Below are positions 1-12,704 of a stretch of 64,000 nucleotides of DNA, in pieces. The stretch lies in the NCBI GenBank assembly GCA_020137815.1, contig CM035350.1, positions 10,354,001 through 10,418,000 of the forward strand, read 5' to 3'. The translations under genes and the position numbers were made by a program. Under the pieces are notes generated by a model. That model searched no databases. It was given only the letters and a program-made list of their open reading frames with translations, and was not told the DNA's origin. Source of the stretch: Hormiphora californensis (lineage: Eukaryota; Animalia; Ctenophora). Positions within the stretch are counted from its first letter, which is position 1; the number at the start of each line of letters is the position of its first letter.

Positions 1-1
1 C

Positions 2-3000
2 TGTTCCATACCGTCATGCTCTGACATAGGTAATATGCAAGAAATACATCTTTCTAAATCTTCATTGAGTCTGATTTCAGTTGGAAGTAACTCGTCCTAT
101 CTCCTGGAAACGTGGCAAACAGACATCACGGATGGGGAAGGACCACTGCTAACCTTACTTGTACTGCCACTATCACACTACTGAATCAAGAGCCCTTTGT
201 TCATAAAGTTGAGGTGTCCATTGAACAGGTCCCTTCAGAAAGTAAGATTAAATTAATTGCAACATGTCGAACCACTTCATTCATCAGTGGAATTTGGTTG
301 AAAATATAAAGTTGAACTCAAACAATAAAATAAAGCAGTCTATAAAAGAGTTTTTGAGTCCGGCCCCATGCGAGGAACATCAATCACTACAAAACACACA
401 AATAAATCACACAAAATAAAGTTCCACATTTGTGTAGTGAAAGATGGGTAGTGAAAGGTAGGGGGGGTTCCAACCTATTTTTTTGTATTTTTTTGTATTT
501 TTTCGTACGGACCATACATAAAAGATCCAAAATTCCTTTTTTTTCCATACAAACAATACAAAAAAGTACAAAAAAATACAAAAAAATAATGAAGGATGTG
601 GGTGCGTGAAAAAAGTATAAATAATACATAGATACATGAACATAAACCCAGCTATACATAAACGGTAAGAAATTGCGATTCGGGGAAATTTCTCGTAGAA
701 AATACGATTCGAGAAAATTTTCTCGGTAAGAAATTGCGATTCGGGAAAATTTCTCGCTTAGAAAATACGATTCGAGAAAATTTTCTCGGTAAGAAATTGC
801 GATTTGGAGAAATTTCTGCTTAGAAAATACGATTCGAGAAAATTTTCTCGGTAAGAAATTGCGATTTGGAGAAATTTCTCGCTTAGAAAATACGATTCGA
901 GAAAATTTTCTCGGTAAGAAATTGCGATTCGAGGAAATTTCTCGCTTAGAAAATACGATTCGAGAAAATTTTCTCGGTAAGAAATTGCGATTCGGGGAAA
1001 TTTCTCGCCTAGAAAATACGATTCGAGAAAATTTTCTCGGTAAGAAATTGCGATTTGGAGAAATTTCTCGCTTAGAAAATACGATTCGAGAAATTTTCTC
1101 GGTTAGAAATTGCGATTCGAGAAATTTTCTCGCTTAGAAACTGCGATTCGAGAAATTTTTCTCGGTAAGAAATTGCGATTCGGGGAAATTTCTCGCTTAG
1201 AAAATACGATTCGGGAAAATTTTCTCGGTAAGAAATTGCGATTCGGGGAAATTTCTCGCTTAGAAAATACGATTCGAGAAAATTTTCTCGGTAAGAAATT
1301 GCGATTCGAGGAAACTTCTCGCTTAGAAAATACGATTCGAGAAAATTTTCCGGTAAGAAATTGCGATTCGGGGAAATTTCTCGCTTAGTTAATACGATTC
1401 GGGAAAATTTTCTCGGTAAGAAATTGCGATTCGGGGAAATTTCTCGCTTAGAAAATACGATTAGAGAAAATTTTCTCGGTAAGAAATTGCGATTCGGGGA
1501 AATTTCTCGATTCGAGAAAATTTTCTCGGTAAGAAATTGCGATTCGAGGAAACTTCTCGCTTAGAAAATACGATTCGAGAAAATTTTCTCGGTAAGAAAT
1601 TGCGATTCGGGGAAATTTCTCGCTTAGTTAATACGATTCGGGAAAATTTTCTCGGTAAGAAATTGCGATTCGGGGAAATTTCTCGCTTAGAAAATACGAT
1701 TGAGAAAATTTTCTCGTAAGAAATTGCGATTCGGGGAAATTTCTCGCTTAGAAAATACGATTCGAGAAAATTTTCTCGGTAAGAAATTGCGATCGGGGAA
1801 ATTTCTCGCTTAGAAAATACGATTCGGGAAAATTTTCTCGGTAAGAAATTGCGATTCGGGGAAATTTCTCGCTTAGAAAATACGATTCGAGAAAATTTTC
1901 TCGGTAAGAAATTGCGATTCGGGGAAATTTCTCGCTTGAAAATACGATTCGGGAAAATTTTCTCGGTAAGAAATTGCGATTCGGGGAAATTTCTCGCTTA
2001 GAAAATACGATTCGAGAAAATTTTCTCGGTAAGAAATTCGATTCGGGAAATTTCTCGCTTAGAAAATACGATTCGAGAAAATTTTCTCGGTAAGAAATTG
2101 CGATTCGGGGAAATTTCTCTCGCGATTTTGGCATGCTACATATGTAAAATATGTATATATTTTGTGCTAAATTGCGTGAAATAGCGTGGAAGAATGTTTA
2201 AAAACAGTAAAAGTTCGAACAATAATGGTAATTACCATATAAAACTGTTTTTATTTTTTTGTATTTTTTTGTACTTTTTGTATTTTTTTGTATTTTTTTG
2301 TATTTTTTTGTTTGAGGAAACCCGTGTTTTTTTCCGTACAAACGTACACGAAATAGGTTGGAACCCCCCCGAAAGGTACCAACAAATTATGAAATTGTTT
2401 CAGTGTTCATCAGTTCGCTAACAACACTCAACACCCTTGTTTCAGAGTTTGTCAGTTCGCTAACAACACTCAACACTATGGAGACCCTCTCGGACAACAC
2501 GACATGTGCCCAGTCCTCCTACCAAGACGGGGTCTATCAATGTCCCCTGACTCAGGAGGCATACCAAGTGTCGGCAAGGAGTGGTGGTCTCTGTCTGTTC
2601 AACCTTGTTTGCTCTTATGACCCCAAACACTACCAAACTTGCGGGTGCGCCTTCGTTACTGTGACCGAGGTAATTGATACATTACGTAATAACAACAACT
2701 AGAGGTTACCATATATCCCAATATCTTTTAGGAAAAATCGAAGCTGGTACTGGGGTCCAAGGTGTGTGAGGATAAGCATGGCAACATTGTAGCAGTGTGG
2801 TCCGACAATTACTGCGATGATCTTGTTAGTATACAATCACCCATAAATATCAGCTCTCTCAAGGGGTGAAACTCAGGTTAGGTGAACCGTTTGAGGCTCA
2901 CTATCTTTTTGAGGGGGGGGGGGGTATAGAATCCCCCTATCTATCTTCTTATTTCAGTGTTTCTGTGCGGATTGTTCTGATGAGGATGACTGCGACAGTG

Positions 3001-3934
3001 ACAGTACTGTGAGTAGTGGAGAGACGTTCACCTGTCAGGATACCACCAAGACGGTCATCTCCAAATCGAAACAGTGCAACGATGAGGCTAACTGCCCCAC
3101 CACAACCACAATAACTTACGATGATGTGACGTTCTCTGTCTCCAACTATGAGGATGAGTACAACTGCACAACGGAGGATGATGTGCAATGTGTCGAAACG
3201 TCCTCTTCCAGCAGGTGATTTACAGGGTCTATTCCTAACATTGATTTAGTAACTAATCTTAGAAAGAACGTGGTCAGTCTAACAAATCTCCCAACAACGA
3301 AATGGATCCCACCTAATAACAACAATAATTCTCCCTTCCAGCAACAAGTTAACGAAATGGATTCCACCTAATAATAACAATAATTCTCCCTTCCAGCAAC
3401 AAATTAACGAAATGGATCCCACCTAATAATAACAATAATTCTCTCTTCCAGCAACAAGTTAACGAAATGGATCCCACCTAATAATAACAATTCTCCTTCC
3501 AGCAACAAGTTAACGAAATGGATCCCACCTAAAAACTACTGTTTCTCTGATCTAATTTGCTCCAGCACTACAGTCACCACGTCAGAACTTTGTACCACTG
3601 AATATGAGGCCCTTAACTGTACTCTTAATGGGACCAGGTAACAATACATCCAGCTTCTAAACAATCCAGCGTGTAAATATATCACTTATATCATCTTAAT
3701 CCCCCGCCCGGAAACTTATAGTGTGTGGTTCCTTTGCCTCCCTTTCCCCTAATTCACCCCCTTTTCAGCAACCACCGTATATACGTTCCATCCCCTAATT
3801 CACCCCCTTTTCAGCAACACCGTCTATACGTTCCATCCCCTAATTCACCCCTTTCAGCAACACCGTCTATACCTTTCATCCCCGTAAATTCCCCCAACGT
3901 CAGAACACTGCTTTTCTGGAGAGGATGTATATAA
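2..3934 (+). CDS. Multi-exon Cys-rich extracellular protein (5' part outside window) with two LDL-receptor class A-like repeats
   Basis: GT-AG exons join in phase: ~82-241 (TTANLTCTATI...), 2446-2668, 2732-2824 (CEDKHG...NYCDDL), 2958-3214 (CFCADCSDEDDC...FTCQDTTK...QCNDEANCP...EDEYNC), 3566-3637, ~3858 onward. CSIPSC at 2-19 resembles a kringle end. The 3' end and the frame of the 82-241 exon are uncertain. Confidence 0.55.
461..2370. mobile_element. Non-autonomous TIR DNA transposon (Merlin-like signature) carrying an internal satellite
   Basis: Perfect 20-bp TIRs gggggggttccaacctattt (461-480 and 2351-2370); 8-bp TSD gaaaggta (453-460, 2371-2378); subterminal ttttttgta repeats; no transposase ORF. 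Confidence 0.85.
663..2122. repeat. 63-bp tandem satellite (~23 copies) made of two related ~31-bp half-units, including the palindrome cgagaaaattttctcg
   Basis: Unit cggtaagaaattgcgattcggggaaatttctcgcttagaaaatacgattcgagaaaattttct is directly visible. Confidence 0.95.
3296..3531 (+). repeat. ~55-bp intronic tandem repeat (about 4 copies) containing acceptor-like ttctcccttccag
   Basis: aacgaaatggatcccacctaataataacaataattctcccttccagcaacaagtt repeated. Confidence 0.85.
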
Positions 3935-4015
3935 CAGGTCTTATTACTAGTATTGTAGTAGTATAACAGGTAGAGATATTGATTTTATTACTACCAGTGT
4001 TTTCTGATTCACATG

Positions 4016-7000
4016 TTAAAGAGGGGAGGTACCTGAAATTGTACTTGTTCCGTTTGACCAGGTGAGTACCAAGTGCTCTATCTCTTTGTTATAATAAGCG
4101 TCGAATGTGTCGTGATAAATAGTGCAGTTAATTGTACTGGTCTGACCCTCTATAGTGATGAAACTATCGCCTGGCTGAACGGTCAGATTGCTTTTCACCT
4201 GATCCAGAACCGTGCCTACAGGGGAAGGGAAGTTAGAAGTATTGTAAATGTCTGGTTCACTCAAACTTGGTTTGCCGACCCCACATTTTAACTCACACTT
4301 CACACACATTTCAACTTACCATAAACCTCCACTTCACACATCGTGGTCCTGTTTCCCTTGAGCATCAGGGCACTGCCAGTGATCCCTCCACAGGGTATTT
4401 CGATAACTTGTTTTGTCGCATCACTATCCGATACTGTCCCACACAACGTCTTGTCTTTTCCGTTCATAACATAGACCTTGGATAAAACGATGTACTAGTT
4501 AAAACTTTAGTTCATAGCACAACGCATGAAGGTGCCACGCTGCCCCACGAATCAGAATGTGGCTGGGAAGGTATAAAATAACGTTTATTATACTAGGGGT
4601 CAGTTTGATGTAATCCGCTACTTGTTGACATGTATACGTAGCAGTAGGAATTTGGGGACCTCCTCCCCCGCCCCACCCCCACCCCCCCTCCCCACCCCAG
4701 TACCTCTAGTCCGCTCAGATACTTGTTGATGTATACGTAGCAGTAGGAATTTGGGGATCGTTGATAAATCACGACATCGTAAACCGTATACGTATCAATA
4801 AGGTGAATGTATACATAGTTATCACCAGTGTCGCTTACAGCGTAGTCTTCTGCACAGTAGATGCTGCAGAGTAAACAGTATTTGAAATCTCTGTTTTTGT
4901 ACCATTATACACCACTAAATGTCGTTATGGTTGTTAAAATCACGCTATTTCGAAAACTAACTTCTTTTTCCGCAAACTAATGACACAGTAATTACATACC
5001 CCATATCTGTGTCGATCTCCCCGGATTTCTCCCCGTCAACAACAGAGTATGCTCTTCCTTGGACGTTTTGGGTTGAAGAGGTAACGGGCCTGTATAGTGA
5101 CACCTGATCTGCACCTAAAGAGGTAACGGGCCTGTATAGTGACACCTGATCTGCACCTAAAGAGGTAACGGGCCTGTATAGTGACACCTGATCTGCACCT
5201 AAAGAGGTAACGGGCCTGTATAGTGACACCTGATCTGCACCTAAAGAGGTAACGGGCCTGTATAGTGACACCTGATCTGCACCTAAAGAGGTAACGGGCC
5301 TGTATAGTGACACCTGATCTGCACCTAAAGAGGTAACGGGCCTGTATAGTGACACCTGATCTGCACCTAAAGAGGTAACGGGCCTGTATAGTGACACCTG
5401 ATCTGCACCTAAAGAGGTAACGGGCCTGTATAGTGACACCTGATCTGCACCTAAAGAGGTAACGGGCCTGTATAGTGACACCTGATCTGCACCTAAAGAG
5501 GTAACGGGCCTGTATAGTGACACCTGATCTGCACCTAAAGAGGTAACGGGCCTGTATAGTGACACCTGATCTGCACCTAAAGAGGTAACGGGCCTGTATA
5601 GTGACACCTGATCTGCACCTAAAGAGGTAACGGGCCTGTATAGTGACACCTGATCTGCACCTAAAGAGGTAACGGGCCTGTATAGTGACACCTGATCTGC
5701 ACCTAAAGAGGTAACGGGCCTGTATAGTGACACCTGATCTGCACCTAAAGAGGTAACGGGCCTGTATAGTGACACCTGATCTGCACCTAAAGAGGTAACG
5801 GGCCTGTATAGTGACACCTGATCTGCACCTAAAGAGGTAACGGGCCTGTATAGTGACACCTGATCTGCACCTAAAGAGGTAACGGGCCTGTATAGTGACA
5901 CCTGATCTGCACCTAAAGAGGTAACGGGCCTGTATAGTGACACCTGATCTGCACCTAAATTCAGACAATAAATTTAACAGTATAATATTTAGGCTGCAGA
6001 GTCTCATACAAGAGTTCTATTAGAACTACTAGAACTATGTACCAGGACAACAAGATGACTTTGTGCATTACGAATTGTTAATGTGCAAACGGATCTTGCC
6101 GTCCTTGTTCTCTGGCATTATTCCCTGGCCCGTCGTGTAACCTTGTGGTAACACATACCATGGTAACCATGGTAACGCCCATACCTTGTGTATAATTCAG
6201 CTGCACGTCTGTTCCTGTCTGTGTAGCGGATGTGCAGGATGGCCATTCTGGAAGACATTATTGACATTATTGGATTGTTAACTCAACTGGTAATGAGCTG
6301 CAATGTATAGTGGCACCCTAGTTGAAAACAGTTTGTAAAAAGCTGCAATGGCACCCTAGTTGAAAACATTACCAGTTTTAAAGTATCCGGCTGCTTTGGA
6401 AGTATAGTAACTTTCATATGCTACGTTAACTTTGTACACTTGGTCCAGTGTTGATACATCCAATGAGACGAGTGACGTTTCACCACACGTCACTTCAACA
6501 GTAGTTTGATAATACACCAGTGTCATTGACACAGCAGATGAATTGGTTATAGCACATGTCACTCCATCGTTTGTGACTCTACTCTTCGTGTTACTTGTAT
6601 AATCATAACTTGCGAGTACAAAATTCGAGTACCCGTCTGAATGGAGTGAAGAGGTTACAAAATAATACATCAGAGAGGTTACAATATGGCACCCCACATT
6701 GATGACATTGCGATAAGGCCCGCCATAATGAGCGGCACTAAGGACAGTTGTAGTTGGTTAGTGGTTACTACTACACATACCAGCCCCGGATGATGGTTCC
6801 ATGGTCAAATACAAGTTCAATATACTCTCATATGAAAATTGCAACGAAACTGAAATTAATATTTTGTGTTAGTGTCAACCTAATAATTAACTGTAATTTC
6901 ACATCTATGGATAAATTCATCAATATATCACCGTTATTATAAAATGGCTGGTAGAAGACCATGTAGACTTTCAGTCTGTAATCATCGTCCGTCAAAGATC

Positions 7001-7719
7001 CAACTCCCTCTGTCGACCCACTCAGGGAAGGGGTCTGCCAGTCTGAAATATACTTAGTCTGAAGAAAGTACAAAGAGAAACGATTCAATTAATGGTCAAA
7101 ATGTTTGACGTAACCATTAATTGAATCGTTTTTTCTTTGTTTTTCGCTCTTGGATTCGGAACTTCCCGGAAATTAACTAGTAGTATTTCACTTCAATTTG
7201 CCCTAATCGTATCTTACCAGTATCATAGGTTCCAGAAAATTGTGATAAGTCAACAGATATATGCCAAGTATATAAATTTTTAAGACAACTGCTGTTCAGA
7301 TCAAGAGATATGAAGAGAGTCTCATCATAAAGTAGCCATATCTCATCTTCCTGGCGAGTTAACTTCCAAGTGACATTATCCATTGCAAATGTAACACTCT
7401 CCTCCTCAACTGAATCATCAGGTAACTCAGTTACAGTAGTGCAGGGGGATGTTTTGGAGAACTCGAGGTATCTAAAGTAGGTGTCGTTGAATTTCAGCTG
7501 GGACCACTGTAATGTTACAGTGAGGTTCCCATAGGTCAGACCCAGTTGATAAGTCTTGTTTCCTGGTCCGTTCTGACTGTCAGTTCCCGTCACAACGAAC
7601 TGAAGGGCGTTCTTGTTCAGATTCACCCCCGATACGGTTCCATCTATCTCGAACTTGGCACTCGCAGCTCCTGCCAGAAGGAGTATCCACACAACTCGCA
7701 GTATCCAAACAACTTGCAT
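4016..7719 (-). CDS. Multi-exon secreted/surface glycoprotein with signal peptide and an F-type lectin/discoidin-like segment
   Basis: Signal peptide MQVVWILRVVWILLLAGAASA; first exon ends at donor 7217; further open exons at ~7041-6900, ~6640-6373, ~5113-4998 (VSLYRPVTSSTQ..GRAYSVVDG, like the FTP-domain N-terminus) and ~4245-4016. The full exon chain is not resolved. Confidence 0.55.
5076..5957 (-). repeat. 42-bp perfect tandem array, 21 copies, spanning a splice acceptor and exon start
   Basis: Minus-strand unit tttag|gtgcagatcaggtgtcactatacaggcccgttacctc; 882 bp = 21 x 42. Confidence 0.95.
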
Positions 7720-8273
7720 ACTACACAAAGAGCGCTATATAAAACATAGATTATTATGTTATATCAATGATGTAACTACAGAAAAGGATTAGGTCCCCCC
7801 TTTCTCTCCCTCCTGCGCTTTACTCTCGCGTGATGTCGCACGCGACGTATTTCTAGGGAAGGGGGCGGGTGAAAGAAAAGAGGAGGGTCGACTGATCTAC
7901 TGGTCTTGAATAGTGGTAAGCAAATATAACTGAGAAAAGGAACTTCTTTCACTCCTACCTCCCGGTAAGAGAGGGTGGTATACTGTATCAAAGGAAGGTA
8001 TAAATGATCGAATATGTGATCAAGTATATATTGAGGTCAACACACCCACACACAGAGTTCTACTGAAAAGGACACATAATATACCTCGTGATAAAGGAAC
8101 TATGACAAAGGCTCATAGGAAGCAGTTTTATTATATATTATTGCATAACAAGAGTTGTGTTGCATAACAAGATGAATGCTTTACTTCAATACTTTCCTGT
8201 GAACAAGGTTGTAACTTGGTCCACATAATAATTTGTTGAAACAATAATGATAATATCATTCCCAGTTAGCAAT

Positions 8274-11200
8274 ATGGATTCATTAAAGGGTACAGACAGC
8301 TTGATAATGATAATCCTCAGCCTACTGTCTAAATTCATCGATATCCCTAATCACCTCTACTCAGAAATTGTTGGGTGAGTTGAGAGTTACTTCATCACTA
8401 CAGGGATGGGTAAAGATGCCCCCCCCCTAGACTAGCATAGTTCCCGATATCGTAGGTTGACCATAATTTAGCGCTCAAAGTTCATTTTATCACTGCAATG
8501 AACTTTGTCTTAAACGGGATCTTTTCTCTTAAACGGGATCTTGAATCCAGAATTGAACCAAATGGTTTTGGCTATCGATTATTTTTATACTGTGATTCCC
8601 ACCGTGGACTGGATTGCTAATTAGGTAAATAGGCCACGTGTTAGCCTAATTAGCAATTTGGAAAAGTTTTAGATTGGGTGGGGATCAGTATGACATGACT
8701 AACTTTCAGAAGTATGACCACTGTATGCCTTCTGGTTGTTTGTTTTGGGTTTTCTTGGTCTTATTTGAAAGAAAATCGATAGCCAAAATTTGACTCCTTT
8801 CTGGAACGATTTAAGGTCCCGTTTGAGAGAAAATACACAGTTCACTCCAGTCATGAAAATTAACTTTGAGCAAGAAGTCTGAAAGAAAGTAACTTTGCAA
8901 TATTTTACCGATATAGGGGAACACATGCTATTTATATCCGGTATAATACCAACCAATCCCTCGTTTTAGAACGGAGGGCTCGTCAAAGAAGAAGGAGGAT
9001 TATTCAGATAACTCATCTCTAGTTCGGAGGAACGTTCTCACTGACATTACTAGTGCTGCTAAAAGTCTCTTTCAGAGCAACAACGACACATCAACAGGTA
9101 TAATGGGGGCAGAATAATGGGCAGGGAGAGAGAGAGCAGAGAGAGAGAGAGAGAGAGATAGAGCTGAGGGAGAGCAGGGAGGGAAGGAGCGCCTTGTGAG
9201 AGCAGAGGGAAGGAGCAATGAATATTAACACATGCTATTTTCAGGGGACAGTGAAAAGTTGTTCGGAAAGCCTCTCCACAGGCATTTACCTACTAAACTG
9301 AAGAAGCTGCTGATCTTTGTTCGCCAGAGTAAGGGCTGCAGGGGGGTTAGGGGTGGGAGGCACTATGCGGTGGGAGGGGGGGAGGGGTAGGGTCAGGGGG
9401 GCTGGAGGCACTATGCGGTGGGGGCGTGTTTATTCATAGCATTATACCAGCCAAATGAACCAGAATTCAGAATCATCACAATATGCCTATTCAATATCTA
9501 CCATATTTACCCAGCTAAAAGCCCGCTACACACAATGCTTTTCCTTCAGCCTACATTCTAACCCTCTCACCCCCTAGTGGTTTACCACGAGGGTATATTC
9601 AGAAAGTGTGGCAGTAACAAGAGGATAAAAGAGTTGCGGCAACTACTAGATAATCATGGTAATATGATAGATTGGGAGGATCAGGAGGTGTTCAATGTTC
9701 ATGATGCAGCCTCCATTCTAAAACAATACATAGCAGAACTGCCCCAACCTCTCCTAACAGCCAAACATCTCCCACTACACCACGAAATAGCCAGTGAGTC
9801 TGTGTGTTTGTCTGTGTGTTTGTTTGTTTGTTTGTTTGTTTGTCTGTTTGTTTGTTTTGTTTGTTTACCAATTACTAATATGTCCTAGAACTGAACGATT
9901 CGGAAAAGAGATTAAAATGTATCCGACTACTATTTCTTATGCTACCAGAAGAGAATAGGATATTTCTAAAGGTAACTCAACCACACACATTTCTCGATAG
10001 TTTCACAACTCCCCCCCCTTCCAGCTTCCTACCCCCACCCCTTGCTGCCCCCACCCCCTTTCTAACCCCCACCCCTCTGCCCCTTCCTAACCCCCACCCC
10101 TTGCTCCCCCCCCCCTTCCTAACCCCCACCCCTCTGCCCCTTCCTAACCCCCCGTCCTTCCTAACCCCCCTTCTTAACCCTCACCCCTCTGCCCCTTCCT
10201 AACCCCACCCCTCTGCCCCTTTCTAACCCCACCCCTCTGTCCCTTCCTAACCCCCCTTCCTAACCCTCACCCCTCTGCCCCTTCCTAACCCCCACCCCTC
10301 TGCCCCTTCCTAACACCCACCCCTCTGCTCCTTACTAACCCCCGTCCCCCACCCTTCCTAACCCCCACCCCTCTGTCCCTTCCTAACCCCCCTTCCTAAC
10401 CCCACCCCTCTGCCCCTTCCTAACCCCACCCCTCTGCCCCTTCCTAACCCCCACCCCTCTGCCCTTTCTCCAGATGCTGTTGGTAGTTCTGTCTGATGTT
10501 TCACAGCACAAGGAGAATCTAATGGACAGCCACAATCTGGGTCTAATATTCGCCCCACATCTGCTGAAGTGTAATCAGGGAATTAACGGTACACTCTGTA
10601 TAGGAGGGGGATCAATAGCTGACGGGATTGAGGACATGGTAGCATACACAGAGTTCATCATCAACAACGCAGATACAGTCTTCCAGGTGAGAGGGAGAGA
10701 TGCAGGTTTAGTCTAAATATCCTTCTTCAATATTCATATGTTCCTGGGGGGCCTCCCTTTGTTTAGTAAGATGTTTTATAATAGCACCGGGACCACGTGA
10801 TTTAGAGCATTTGCCGCAGGAATGTTGCCTCGGGAGAAGAGTGAGAGCTGAACAACAAGATAATATTTCACTGTCACACTAATTCCCCCCCCCCTCAGGT
10901 GCCAAAAGAAGTGGAGATAGCAGCTGAGAGATACCAGAGCAGGCTAATGAGGGGAGAGAGTACAGATGATATCCCTGTAGAGATTGAAAGTAATTGTCAG
11001 AAGATTAGCACTAACCTCCATAAACAAGTTGTAACAAATGAAACGAAGATGGCACTCATCAACCTATACAAGGTGAGGGATGGTCAGTGGTCACTATTAA
11101 TATTGAGTGTGTATGTAGAATGGTGAGGTCGATCGTGCTAAAATACCAAACATGTTCCTCTGCACAACTCACCACCACTGTTGTCTGCTGCACTGTTGTT

Positions 11201-12109
11201 TAACTCTCCCTCGGTGTTTCAGTCACTTCAAACCATGCCTGATAGCAAGGACAAGAAGGATCGCTTAAAAAAGGTGAACTATCTTGAGATATGGAAAGAT
11301 TGCGGCGGGCAACACAGCCTTCTTCTTGTTTTCTGATGTATTACAACAACTTTCATTTTCCCGTCTGGTATATCCTAGTCTAATAACCAATCCCCCCATC
11401 TAGTTTGAGAAACAATATCCTCACTACATTATGGAGTTAAACAACCTCTCTCATTCCCCAATTATCCGAACTAAGAGCACCAGGAAACCTTTTGGTAGCT
11501 CCCTCTCTCGTCTTATTTCGGTGAGTCCAGGGACCCGTGCATTCAGGAAATGCATGCAGCTAATTCCCCTGTGTTGTGGGAGTGAGATGGAGGTGGAGCG
11601 CGCGGAGCTGCAGTTGTACAGTGAATAGAGTGTGTGAGCGCGCAATAACTCATTTGAAACACATCGCGGGAGGCTCTCAGTTCTCTGTGTGTTTGGCACT
11701 TCTGACAGATTGACATCCCCACCATCAGGGCTCAAAGTGTGGTAGTATGGGCTCCCTTACACATCTTCAACAAAGTACCCCATGTAAAGAGGCAGATACA
11801 CCATCTGGAACAAAGAGGAAGGCCCTAGAAATGCTGCAGATGAGCCCGACCCCTCAACCTAGCGCTTCAACAGGTATAGTACCCTGAGGGGCGTATAATA
11901 CACACACACTCACACATACCCTCATCTCTCTCTCTAATTAGCAATCCACGCCCCCAGTGAACCTGCAGACACAACAACAACAAGAAGATGATGATGAGCC
12001 CTCGATGAGATCAGTCAGAAGGAAGCTAGATGAAAACATGGACGATGGAGAGGAGGAGATGATGGAATATAGAGACTTGGGAGAGTCATACAGAGAGTAC
12101 TTTATATAA
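8274..12109 (+). CDS. ARHGAP19: Rho GTPase-activating protein, ARHGAP19-like
   Basis: In-phase exons 8274-8374, 8970-9097, 9245-9328, 9578-9793, 9889-9971, 10474-10686, 10899-11072, 11223-11272, 11404-11520, ~11729-11873, 11958-12109. Motifs EGIFRKCG (arginine finger), HDAASILKQYIAELPQPLL and NLMDSHNLGLIFAPHLL; the C-terminal ETKMALINLYKSLQTMPDSKDKK resembles ARHGAP19. Confidence 0.85.
10015..10470 (+). repeat. C-rich ~25-bp intronic minisatellite (cccctctgccccttcctaaccccca) ending at the acceptor
   Basis: Visible degenerate repeat containing ctaac branch-point-like motifs plus a pyrimidine tract. Confidence 0.85.
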
Positions 12110-12704
12110 TCTGGTGAACCTACCAGGCAGTGGTATGAAGAAAGATAGAGCCAGACAGGATATATACTGTGTCAGAGAGTGTTGGTTATTGTTAGACATG
12201 TGACTCAGTATGTGAGAGGACAGTTCTGTAGACGCAAGGAGGTCCCATTGTGCACAGATGAGCCGTATCAAGTGCGATTTGATGTTGAGATAAAAGACAG
12301 TTGAATATTCTATTTGTTTGTTTTTGGGGTTGGAAATTGTGCGACAAGAGGCATTGTATATGTAAACATTCATGTTATTACATTTCTAGTAAAAAGGAGT
12401 GTTTACAAACATATTTGTCCACATAACGCTCTGGTTTGAGCTCGTTGGGTATCACTGATACTATCAGAGCAGCTCTAGGAGCTGAGGAGACGTCTAGTTC
12501 TAGTTCTACCCCCCTCCTTTTTGGTCACTACAATTCGACCACACAATAACATTCAATCGTCCATCAATTGTTTACACTCTAAAAAGTCTCATACTGAGAG
12601 CACTAAAACCTGTTCGATTTTCAAACAGTGATATCATTGTCAGTTTTCTATAAAAACTGAAATTGTGTATTTGAGATCGAGAGTCAATTTGGGGGTCATT
12701 GTCT

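Noticed and set aside
859-2134. Repetitive ORFs (LRFGEISRLENTIREN...)
   Set aside because: Translations of the 63-bp satellite inside a non-autonomous element.
7729-8273. Bidirectional promoter between the divergent genes
   Set aside because: Plausible from the geometry, but no specific element can be supported from sequence alone.
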